DNA of 64,000 nt, taken from NCBI RefSeq assembly GCF_009914755.1, contig NC_060933.1; one strand, 5' to 3'. A model generated the notes under the pieces. The model had not been told where the DNA came from. It did no database searches and worked only from the letters and a program-made list of their open reading frames with translations. Below, one piece after another: positions 1 to 11,129 of this stretch. The translations under genes were made by a program, and so were the position numbers. The stretch's first letter is position 1. Each line of letters opens with the position of its first letter. The stretch is from the human T2T-CHM13v2.0 reference genome, Homo sapiens.

Positions 1-87
1 TAAGGTTCTTGGCTTCAATGCCCCACCAACTTTTATAGAAATGCTTTTCATATCTTGTACAGCCAGCAGAAAGCACTTGTCGATATT

Positions 88-250
88 AGGAGGGTAGAGG
101 GAGAAGGGAAGGAGAATGAACAGAGGAAAAGGAAAGGAGGAGGAGAAGGACGGGGAAAGGGGAATAAGAAGACAGAAGAGAGGAGGAAAAGGAGAAAGGA
201 GGAAACAGGGAATCCGAAAGGAGAAGTGAGGATAGAGGAGAAGGAAGGAC
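88..250. repeat. GA-rich low-complexity purine tract
   Basis: Almost only G and A (gagaagggaaggagaa...). Confidence 0.85.
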
Positions 251-979
251 AATTGCTAGTCCCAGAGTGTCCAGTGCTTTCCCAGCCCTGTGCTACATGT
301 TTTGCAAGTGTTTCCTCATTTATTTCTCAGAACTATGAAATTTGGTCATGGAAGAGTCAAGGGAAGGAAGTCTTATTCCTAATTTAATAAAAAATAGCTT
401 ACAATGTACTTTTTCTGCCTAGGTCCCAAGATCCAGGCTTAGGTAACCAAATCAATTCAGTCTACATAATGATGCAAGTTAAATGCAGATTGAAACATTA
501 GGTAATGGGGAGAGCTATGTAAGGAGAAGGTTGAGTCCACCCAGTTATTCTGACTTCAGTCATGCCGCTCTTCTGATTCTGATGTCCCTCAGCCTGCAGA
601 AACATATGCCTATGGGGACCAGGGAGATGAATGCAATGTGCTAAATGGGCCTGGTGTAAAAGAATAAAAAGCAGAGACACTCAGTGTGAGGAGTGAAGAG
701 GGACTGATGGCAATTATGGCAAAGTGGAGACCACATGCCACCCTCTGAAGAGGCAGCACCACTCAGCTCCAGCCTGTTGTCATCATCTGGTAACATGGTC
801 TCAGTGCTTTGTAATTTTTTCAAAAGAGGCCAGTGATCCAGTGTTCAGGCAACTTTCAGTGGGTTGACAAAATATATCTGCAGGTTTATCTGCCCAGAGA
901 TTTACTTAACTGCAATTACGTATTTTTCCAGGTTGCAAACAAAAATTGATCCTTTTCCTATGTTCCTTTCTCTTTCCAG

Positions 980-1251
980 GCCATTACATTTATGTGGATA
1001 CCTCCTTTGGCAAGCAGGGGGAGAAAGCTGTGCTGCTAAGTCCTGACTTACAGGCTGAGGAATGGAGCTGCCTCCGTTTGGTCTACCAGATAACCACATC
1101 TTCGGAGTCTCTGTCAGATCCCAGCCAGCTGAACCTCTACATGAGATTTGAAGATGAAAGCTTTGATCGCTTGCTTTGGTCAGCTAAGGAACCTTCAGAC
1201 AGCTGGCTCATAGCCAGCTTGGATTTGCAAAACAGTTCCAAGAAATTCAAG
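980..1251 (+). CDS. MAMDC2: MAMDC2 exon 3 (272 nt, phase 1 to 0), MAM1 core GHYIYVDTSFG...NSSKKFK
   Basis: Acceptor ttctctttccAG at 978-979; donor AAG|gtaggt at 1252; frame of ORF 946..1266. Confidence 0.96.
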
Positions 1252-2488
1252 GTAGGTGGAGTTTAGGAGAAAGATATAAGGCCTATTATCTTTGCTTTAT
1301 ACTATTCTAAAATCTTATGAAAACTTCTGACATGGAGGTTAGTTATCTCCTGGATTATGACGTGATGTTTCATAAGATACATACCATAGAAGAATATTAG
1401 CAATGGAAATTAACATTTTGTTTATTCCTTAAAAGAGCTTCTTCCCAGATTTCTTTCCCATCTATTTAAATGAGCCTTCTGTAAAAATCTAAATGGGGCT
1501 TAAATCAACCTCTTCAATGAAAATAGATTTTCTATGGCTTTAGGGAGTATTCTCATTTCTATAATTTTATTTCATCCTTCTAAATTGTGTGTGCTATGTG
1601 TTTGTTTATCTTCTTAATCATTTCTTTGCTACAAATTTTGAACAAAAGATTATAATAAAAGGAAAGTGAAAATACTTTAAAAGAGAAAAGATACTTAAAG
1701 GACATGTTCCATTTCCTTTTCAAAGAGGGAAGTTGTTCCTTTGGGAGTCCTGGAAAAGGAAGGTAGCGAATGTAAGGTGAAGCTGGGTGTGGACTGGATA
1801 AGGAAGGAGGATGGGATCCAGACACACCTGGCCATGAAGTGTGATGTTTATTGAAAATATTTCATCGGGGACACAATGGAGCCATCATGAAAATATTCCC
1901 CATTCCTAATCCGTCTTTCAATTTCCTATCCCATCCCACTTCTTTGAAAGGCTTGAAATGCTTTACTCTCCAATACCCACTGTCTGCTTGGAGTCCTTCC
2001 CTGTCAGCCAGTGGTTGAGGATGGAGCATGGGGGCTCTGAGTTCTCTCTTTAACAACTTCTTCCCAGCAGTTATCACCTCCTAAATCTGCCAGCATAGTT
2101 GCAGAATATAGGGCTAAAACCACAGGAGAAAAAGTGATTACTTTCAGAAACAGGACCACAAGTGCTACCACAAGCACTGAAGGTGGTGGTGGTTGGGATA
2201 GCAAGAGAAGAAAAGACAGCTGACTCTGAGCTTCTATCAGATGCCTTATTTACCTTGAAGTTTTGATGTATGAGTTTATGTGCACATGCGCATGCACACA
2301 CATATATACACACACATTCTTCTAGTAAAGTCCGTAGTGAAATTGGTATCCAATAGCAATTAGCTGAGACTAACAATCCTGTTTTGCCTTAAGTGGCTGA
2401 ACAGCTCCAGACTAATAGCTGAAATACTGAACCAAGGAAACATGATGTTTTGAAGTCTAACTCCCCTTCTTCCCCATATGTTGTGCAG

Positions 2489-2573
2489 ATTTTAATAGAA
2501 GGTGTACTAGGACAGGGAAACACAGCCAGCATCGCACTATTTGAAATCAAGATGACAACCGGCTACTGTATTG
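2489..2573 (+). CDS. MAMDC2: MAMDC2 exon 4 (85 nt, phase 0 to 1), MAM1 C-terminus ILIEGVLGQGNTASIALFEIKMTTGYCI
   Basis: Acceptor tgtgcAG at 2487-2488; donor G|gtaagt at 2574. Confidence 0.95.
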
Positions 2574-3932
2574 GTAAGTGGGCTTCATTTTCATTAAATC
2601 AAATTGTGAATCTTTTTCTAAAAGTTACTGTTGCCAGAGGGAACTGAATCAATCCTAAAGACCAACTATTTTATAGAATGCACTGCATAATGCATACTGG
2701 TTTAAATTCTTTGCTAGATTCATTTGAATACTGTATGTTTTTTGTCTTTAGTGTGGGAAGGCTCATTAGAATCTGCCTGTACAGTCTGGATTAATGAAAG
2801 AAATATAGATGCAGGAACTGTAACTTCAGAGCTGCCACCTTAACCTCAACACATTCTGATTAAAATAATTTACAAATTGCTGGAAACTCAGCTTTTTGTA
2901 GCATGTGCCAGAAAAGCAGACATTGTATTACCTCCTTTCCCTTATTTCTCTCTTGGCACACCACGGCTCTCCTCTTAATAATCACAGTTGTCACTTAGAT
3001 TTCACTTGAGCAGAGTTGGTTGGCTGTCTCTTATCTGCCAGCTTCCAAGAGGGCATAAAGAAAGGATAAACCCTGTCCTATGGTGGTTCAGTTCCTATTT
3101 GTCTACATTGAAGCTAGTTCTGCATATGGCAAATACTGCTGAGGAAGGACAAGCTGTGCAGTGGAGAGGCGCAGGGAGGAGGAGAGGAAATTGGAGAGGA
3201 CTGAATAGGGACAGTGCACTGGAGCAGGAGTTTCAAGAAGGAGAAGAATTTAGTTAAGTGGAGGTGCAGGGTAGGAAGGCAAGGGTTCTCCATGGCCAGA
3301 CCCCTGTGGGGAGAAAGAAACAGGGCAGGTTCAGGCAAAGGCAAGAGGCTGAGTAGGGTGTTTGAAGTGAGACCAGGACTGCTAAGGGAGTTTGTGATGG
3401 AAGAGTGTGGATGCAGGATGTGGAGCTTGGACCTGCTGAATCATGTGGGTCAGCCAGCAGGGGAGAAGTGTGCAGCTGCACTTTCAGATGACTCCAGCTG
3501 CCACGTGGAAAATGAGTTGGGTACAAAGAAAATGCATAGCAGGTGGGAAAACCCCTAGGAAGCAGCTGTGACATTACAGAGGGGGCATAATGAGGGTAAT
3601 ACTGAATTAGCAGTGGAATTGGAAAAAGGCAGTAGAATTGAGAGATTTTTCAGCACTGACAACTCTTGAAGGCTAAATGAATGTGACGGGGAAGAGAAAG
3701 GAGAGTCAAAGAATATTCTGAACGACAACAACAACAAAAAAGCCTTTGCTAATTCCCTTACGTTTCACTTGTCTGTTTTGACCTCAATGATATCTCTAGG
3801 GCAAGTGAAAGAAAACAGACCATTTTCTGAAGATACAGTGAGGCTCAGGCTCTTTTCCTTGAGCCTCCCGCTGGGCTTCCACCTGGCATCTGCACAGCTT
3901 GTGAACGACAGGGAAGTCAGACACCTCTGGTG

Positions 3933-3950
3933 GAGCGCCACCTGCTGGCT
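3933..3950 (-). promoter_or_regulatory. Candidate CTCF site
   Basis: Minus strand reads AGCCAGCAGGTGGCGCTC, a full match to core CCASYAGRKGGCRS, and retains its CpG. Confidence 0.6.
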
Positions 3951-4219
3951 CAGTCAGCTTACTGAGCCTCAGCCTCTTGGCATCCGTAAAATGGGAATAA
4001 AAAGCTTCCCTCCTAGGATTCTTAGGAGGAGGAATATCCTGGTTATGAAAATAATTGGTATATACAGTGCTGGACATCCAAAACATGTTAATTGCCTTTC
4101 TTCAAATGATGTGGTGACTTCTGATTTGTTTAAAACAAAAGGATGCCAACACTTTTATCTTGTTAAACTCTATGATCACACTCTGACTTCTTTCTTTCTG
4201 GGTACTTTATCTGCCTCTC

Positions 4220-4330
4220 TCCATTGCTCATCTGTAAAATGAGGTTAGTAACAGTGCCTATGTCATGGGGCTGCTTTGAAGATTGAATAAGTTAATTTAT
4301 GTAAAGTGCTCAGAATGGAGCCTGGCATAT
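4220..4330 (+). mobile_element. MIR SINE fragment
   Basis: ctcatctgtaaaatgagg...tgtaaagtgctcagaatggagcctggcata core. Confidence 0.75.
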
Positions 4331-5384
4331 TGAGGAATATTTTGCTTTTTATTTTACTCTTAGGCAGCATTTGGCACTGAATGTTAGGGCATTGGCTAGC
4401 AGACACTGTGGTGGAAACATTGAAAATGAAAATCTTAGAAATGTTCAGTGCTTGCTAATGTAAAAACACATTGCTGACTACACCAGTCAAGATCCTGGCA
4501 GGAAGGAGGAAACAGAGGGTACAGTCAACCTGAGTAATTTGAGGGAAGCTCACTGAAGAGACCACAAAGGTGTGAGTGGTAAAGGAAGCCAGCAAGGAAT
4601 AGCTCTGTGACCCAGGACTAGTAACAGTGATGATTCAGGAGCTGTTATCTTCTTTTGGTCTGAAAGGACAAGGGAGGAGGAGTTTCCAGTACCTGTAAAC
4701 AATAGCTATTTGTCAAACAAGGGCTGCTTGACAAGACTTGCCAACTCATGGCGACCTGGCTGGGAGACTGCTGGGCAAGTAAACCCCTGATTTCATTCTC
4801 CTTCCACCCTCCATTGGTCGAATCCAACAGGGAGATGGAAGGCAGGGTAGCCCATTGATACAGTCCGGATAGGTCAACCTCTGCAGGACCTATCAGGTGG
4901 AGAAGAGCAACGTGGATCCGCAGGGGGCCAGTGGCCAGCACAATTATACTTCCTAGTTTAACTGTGTGATTATAAGGGTCAATGGAGGCATTAGCTTGTG
5001 GGTTTCTTGCTCCCTTTTAAGGAACAATTGTTGATGGAGACCAATATATCCATGCAAACATGCCAATGACACTAAGGGTAGAAGAGGGGGATCTGATTAT
5101 CTTCTCTCTCTTCTCTACTCAGTAGCTGCAAAAGGGACCAGAACCTAGGATATATCTGCCCCACCTATTTTACCTGGGTTCTGATTTATAAGAAAAACAG
5201 GGAATTTTAGCATCTCAGACACATGTCCCTCAGCTCTGGGCAACTTGTTCATCATGAGAAGAGAAAGGAATGGAGGACTGGGCCAGTAGATTCAAGAAAG
5301 GGTTGTGGAAAAAATTTTCTAGAGCTACGAGCATAACCCTGAACAGCTCTTTGAGACAGAGGTGACTGATAAAAATAGCTGACT

Positions 5385-5560
5385 TGTACCAAGCACTGAC
5401 CACATGCCTGGCACTATGCTGGGAGCTCTCCACACTTACAATAGCTCTGTGAAGTGGGAACATTGTCCCCATTTCACATATGGAGACACAGAGGCTACAA
5501 AAAGTGGTAAGTCATGCTCCAAGTGACATGGCTAATAAGTGGAAGGGCCATAATCCAAAG
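5385..5560 (-). mobile_element. MIR SINE fragment
   Basis: ccccatttcacatatggagacacagaggct...gtgacatggctaataagtgg. Confidence 0.7.
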
Positions 5561-5763
5561 GGCCAATGATGAATTAGAATCTTGATTCATTACAAGATCT
5601 GTCTCTCTTCTTGGCCAAAATTGTGCAGGGGTCCTGGTAGAAAGGTTGCAGTGGGCAAAGGAAGAGAGAAACTTCTGAATATCTAAGAGCAAACTCTGTA
5701 GTAGGATGCGTGTACCCAGGTGTGACTGTGTCTCCATGAAGTGTTTTTGTTTCCCTTCCCCAG

Positions 5764-5901
5764 AATGTGACTTTGAAGAAAATCATCTCTGTGGCTTTGT
5801 GAACCGCTGGAATCCCAATGTGAACTGGTTTGTTGGAGGAGGAAGTATTCGGAATGTCCACTCCATTCTCCCACAGGATCACACCTTCAAGAGTGAACTG
5901 G
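5764..5901 (+). CDS. MAMDC2: MAMDC2 exon 5 (138 nt, phase 1 to 1), MAM2 N-terminus ECDFEENHLCGF...QDHTFKSEL
   Basis: Acceptor ttcccttccccAG at 5762-5763; donor G|gtgagc at 5902; CDFE..C and DHT motifs. Confidence 0.96.
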
Positions 5902-6959
5902 GTGAGCTGGGATCAAATAGAGTCCTTTTCCCAGGATAAATTTTTCTGCTGTCTCCTCCCACTTCCTGCACTGACCTAGCTGTGGCTTCTGTCAACAGGG
6001 AAGAGAGGAGGGAGGAGGGTGAGTAGGAACTAAGTAGGAACCAGGAGGTGTGACAGAAGAGTAGGGAAGGATCTACAGTGAGGTAGAGACAAACTGCAGC
6101 TGTGAGCTCTGTAGCTAAGGGGAAGGCCATTCCATTAAAAGTTCTCCTTCACCTGTGGCCTAGTCTTGCATTTTCATATTTCCATATTATGCTTTACTTT
6201 CTTGTATATTTGTTGTTTAATATTTCTCATTTCTAAAGACGAGGCTGGAAAAATCCTAGGTTACTTTTCACTGAAGATAGATCAAAGGATGGGAATGGGT
6301 CCTAAGAACTTCCCAAGTGACAGTGAGGTGAGCCAATACTGATGATTAGCTCTGAATGTGGTGTGCAACAGGCCCCCCTAGTGGCCAAGAAGGCTGCTTC
6401 TCTGCAAGGAAAATGGGAGGTGAGGTTGTGTTACCAGCGAGAAGTCAGCTTTGAGGAGAAGTCCTCCACAGAAGAGAGACAAGGGCAAGGGCTTACTTAC
6501 TTGTGGGTTACCACTGCTCTCACCTGGACCCTGGTAGGCTTTGGAAAAGCCTAGGTCTCCCCACAGTTGTAAGACATTTCATCCTTGACTCCAAGGTCTC
6601 CACGGAGTGAGAAGCTTCTGGCAGCTGGCCTTTCAACAAGAACAAGAACAGGAATTTTTATTCTGTTGCAAACAGTTAACTTTTTCTCTTTTGATCCTTT
6701 ACGCATAGATATTGAGGTAATATACTCATCCTAATAATTTGTTGATGGTGACAGTGTGTCCCCATGCCTGAAGACATAATGACCTTTTATGGTTCTTACC
6801 ATTTTTCTTCATTCAGTATTGCTTCTCTTCATCTGAATATATTTAACCATGTCTCCAACTCTTTTTTTCAAAAGTGCTCATCCTTCAGCTTATCTTGACT
6901 CTGGACAGTCTTCATCCTAACCTTACTGTTCTCTTTGCTCCTATTCTAACTTCTCCTTT

Positions 6960-7292
6960 ATATCCAGAGTCTCAGGTTCAATTCCCTGTAACAGCCAGGC
7001 AGACAGTATAAGCAAATGACATGTGGGCTGGGTGAGGACTGCGGCAAACTAGATGGCAGAGACCCTGTGCAAAGGTTACTTGGCTCCAATGAGTTGCTGC
7101 TGTGTGAGAATGTAAGCCCGGGTTGCCAGATCTTTTGATGTTTCAAGATCATTAGGAAGGCAGGGGATTTTTTTGTGTGTGTGAAATTTCCCAAATTTTT
7201 AAAAGTTGGTGAATATTTTCTAAAATCACAGTGTGGGCCAATAAAACACACTTGCCGGTGAGGCCCTGTTGGCCAACTTCTATTTTGCAACC
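6960..7292 (-). mobile_element. hAT-Charlie DNA transposon relic (MER102-like)
   Basis: gttgccagatc...gtgaaatttcccaaatttttaaaagttgg...gtgggccaataaaacac...ttgcaacc resembles reverse-complemented MER102. Confidence 0.65.
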
Positions 7293-8123
7293 TTCATTTG
7301 ACAAGTTTCTTTTACAATACATTCAGGCTTCTTAGAATAAGCTCTTTATAAGTAACCACAAATAAAAAGACTGGAGTCTCATGGAGTTGCCTGTTTAAAA
7401 CAAACGCAACTTTAAATCTAGCATTTTCATTAATTTGACCCAGCATTAGATATGATGGGGTAAATGACAGTTAAAATGACAGATCCTCTATGGCCCCTTC
7501 CCAGCTTCAAGGAAGACGCTTTCAAGAAAGGAAAAGGGATTTCTACCACAAATGGATGTTAACAAAGGGTGGTATGTGTCAAGTGCAATAAGAGTGGTCT
7601 CCTTCCTCCATCAAAAAAGAAAGGTGTTGGGAATTCAGAGACAAAAGAGGTCCCTCACTGCTTGGATGTCCTAGAAGACATGATAAAAGAAGTAAACTGT
7701 ATTTCGGGGATGGGTATGATTTTGACAAAGATGAGAAAAAGCTAAGAGCAATGATACAGTGGTTGTGCTACAAGGGGTGGATGGTGGGAGAGATGTGGCT
7801 GAGAAAGCAGTGCAGGGGCAAATTCTAAAATGCCTGGAATGCCAGGAAAGAGATTTTAACTTTATTTCATTGACAATGGGAGGCCACACAGGTGTTTGGG
7901 CAGGGGAGAGACACCATCACAGCAGTGTATTTAGATGGATTAACATGACAGAGATTATTTCAATAGATGGAGAGTAAAAAGGTGGAGCAAGAGTACAGAA
8001 GAATCCCCCAGAAACTGTTTCTTCAGATGCATCTGGGGTCACTTACATAAGAAATTGAGATAAGACAAAAAAAAAAGCATGTTTATGTACTTCCTACCTT
8101 TAAAAGCAAAGCAAGTTTCAGCC

Positions 8124-8392
8124 CTTTTTTTTTTCTTTTTTGAGACAGAGTCTTGCTCTGTTGCACAGGCTGGAGTGCAGTGGTGCAATCTCAGCTCAGT
8201 GCAACCTCCACCTCCCAGGTTCAAGCAATTCTCCCTGCCTCAGCCTCCCAAGTAGCTGGGATTACAGACACCCACCACTTTGTCCAGCTAATTTTTGTAT
8301 TTTTAGTAAAGATGGGGTTTCCCCATGTTGGCCAGGCTGGTCTCGAACTCCTGACCTTAGGTGATCCGCCTGCCTTGGCCTCCCAAAGGGCT
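8124..8392 (-). mobile_element. Alu (AluS-like), slightly 5'-truncated
   Basis: polyT followed by gagacagagtcttgctctg...ccttggcctcccaaag. Confidence 0.95.
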
Positions 8393-10014
8393 GTTTAGCA
8401 CTTTTGACAGTGACAAAGGATTGGAGTTTTTCTACGGATAGCCCATATTTTTACCTTATAAATAAGTGGCCCGTCCTCATTTGGGGCCCTTTGTAGGAAC
8501 CACACTATAAATAAGTGCTCTGTGTAGAGTGAATGATAACCAGTCATGGCAAAGTAATCCATGAATCTGCATGAGTATTTTAAAAGACAGTTGGGTTAAC
8601 TCAAAATAATAAAATGTCACTAACTCTGGAGAGCTTTATGTAAATGAGTAAAGCAACTAACAATCTCTTGGGGTTTCAGGAAAGAAAAGCCAGATGACTT
8701 TTTCTTCATGTGTGACAATAGGCTAGTTTTGCGATTGTTTTTCTGTCATATCTTAAGAATCTAATACAAGGAACAGAAAGGATCTTGAAAGGCTGATGCA
8801 TCAAAATGACGATTATTTCTTGTGTCATTATCACAGTTGCACAGAGAGGCAAATTTAACAATGGGGAAGTGTTAAAGAACTTTTCCCAAATCATTTAAAA
8901 ATTCGTTCCAAAGTCAAACCCTGTGGGTAACCAATGTTATGATTCAGTGATTATTCAGTGTTTCATTTTTCATCCTCGATGGCAAGAGGTAGCTGGCTGG
9001 GGAGAACATATATTTCTTGGAAGAGGCAACAGAGCAGTGGACTAGTGTCAAATCATCCATTTGCTTGTGTTACCTGAGTGCAATTCATCCTTTGAAGAGT
9101 GTAATTCTCCTAGTCCTTCCTCATGCCCATCTGAATCATAGAATATTCTGACTATATTTGTGTCCCTAGGGATAGAGAAAGAGCCCCAGGCTAGGAGTCC
9201 AAATACTTGTGCTCCAGGCCCAGTTATCAGAGTACTTTATTACCTTGACTAAACCCTTAACTTCTTAGTGTCTCCATTGATGCATCTGCAAATGAGCAAT
9301 TTGAATTCAATGATCTCTAAGATGTGTTTGAGTTCCAATATTTTACTTTTCTCTCCTTGCCTAATGCTATTTACCAAAATCTCCAAGTTCACCATTCAGT
9401 GAGATCTATTTCAAAATGGCTTGAGTCCCTCCTGGATACTTATAAGCACATAGCATTTGGCATTAGAAAAAAAAAAAAAAAAAAGAGGACTAAAGGGACC
9501 AAGGGGTGAGAAAAAGAGGCCCTGGATTTTCTAATGTCTTGACCAGAAGGGTCAAGACGTAAGCATAGTGGTGTGGTCATCCTTGAGAAGCACTAAGACT
9601 TGCTGGTAGGGTGCTGTCACCCCTGACATAAGTACTTGCCTCTCTTCCCTCTTCCCCTCCCATCTCCCTCTCTCTATTTTCCCATTCTTCCTCTTCTTCC
9701 TTGGCTATTCTAGAATACTTCCCCAAGGCAGGCAGCTTTTCCTACTAGCATTGCTTAGTCCCCATATGTCAATACTGTGGGCTGAAAAAGAAGCTGACCT
9801 GAGGGCTGAAGGGAGGAAGTCTAAGAAGACTACGCACCTTCCAGCCATCCAGGGGATTATATAGTAAGTCCAGTCAGAGCCTCAACACCAGAATGACGCT
9901 TCTTCATTGATCATTATTCATTCCTTCACTCATTCAACAAACACATAATAAGCACTTTTTACATGTATTTATATTTACATTCTTGCATACCCTGGTGACA
10001 TAAAAAAAGTCATT

Positions 10015-10400
10015 CTGGATAGAGAAAATATGGCACATATACACCATGGAATACTATGCAGCTATAAAGAAGGATGAGTTCATGTCCTTTGCAGGGACAT
10101 GGATGAAACTGGAAACCATCATTCTCAGCAAACTAACACAGGAACAGAAAAACACCACACATTCTCACTCATAAGTGGGAGCTGAACAATGAGAACACAT
10201 GGACACAGGGAGGGAAACATCACACACCAGGGTCTGTCAGGGGATGGAGATAGCATTAGAAGAAATACCTAATGTAGATGACGGGTTGATGGGTGCAGCA
10301 AACCACCATGGCACATGTATATCTATGTAACAAACCTGCACAGTCTGCACATGTATCCCAGAATTTAAAGTATAATTTTAAAAAAATGATGCTTTAAAAA
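10015..10400 (+). mobile_element. L1PA 3' end, 5'-truncated, inserted into an L2 tail
   Basis: L1PA 3' sequence (catggaatactatgcagc...aacaaacctgcac), A tail, TSD aaaa(c)agtcatt ending at 10014 and 10414. Confidence 0.92.
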
Positions 10401-10434
10401 AAAAAACAGTCATTAACCTCAAAGAGTTTACAGG

Positions 10435-10650
10435 AACCAACTTTTCCCAAAATGTCCTTCCCTATAATACCAGTTTTTAGTAAACTAATCCTTGTATGGG
10501 ACACAAAGATGATATGTGGTCAAATAAACTGGGGAAACTCTGCATTAAAAAAGCTAAACAGATTTCTTTATTTCAGGATTTCTCACCACCTGTAATATAG
10601 TTCTGTGCTCATGTACATTATGGCATTTCTCAGATTATCTGAATACCAAA
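10435..10650. mobile_element. hAT-Charlie relic (MER103C-like)
   Basis: tttcccaaaatgt...tggtcaaataaactggggaaactctgc...aaacagatttctttatttcagga. Confidence 0.55.
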
Positions 10651-11065
10651 ATGCTACATAAACTTGCAAGCATGCACAGTAATGTATGACTAATAGAGGT
10701 ATGAAATAAATGATATGAAACCACAGACAAAAGATTACCTTGGTTTTGGGGTACAGAGAAGGCCCTCTTAAGGAAGTAATAGTAGAACTGGAATTTGGCC
10801 AGATGCATAAGGGGGAGACAAATGTAGCATGTGCAAAAGTGTAGAGGCATGAGAGTGGATGGTTTATTTTATATTTGGAGAGCATTTGAGAATCCCAAGG
10901 TATGTGATCATGGCAGAGGAACCCCTGAGTTCCAGGCTACATTCCTACTTATGATTAGCAGGAAGCCTGACTGCCTGCATTCCACTCTTTCCTGCTATTT
11001 CACTCCAAGTTCTCTTCAACCTTTGGACTAATATTTTGTCCATTCATTAGCCAACATCCCCACTC

Positions 11066-11066
<1 letters not shown>

Positions 11067-11127
<61 letters not shown>
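11067..11127. repeat. Perfect (AC)30 microsatellite
   Basis: Direct read. Confidence 0.98.

Positions 11128-11129
<2 letters not shown>

Noticed and set aside
55-387. 110-aa E/K/R/G-rich ORF
   Set aside because: It is a translation of a GA-rich low-complexity tract that lacks stop codons by composition, with no splice or domain support
3769-4242. 157-aa ORF, the longest non-exonic one
   Set aside because: Non-ATG start, overlap with MIR-like sequence, and no recognisable domain
4490-4940. Probable old ERVL/MaLR-type LTR
   Set aside because: It is LTR-like by eye, but I could not fix its family or ends, so it is not listed as a feature
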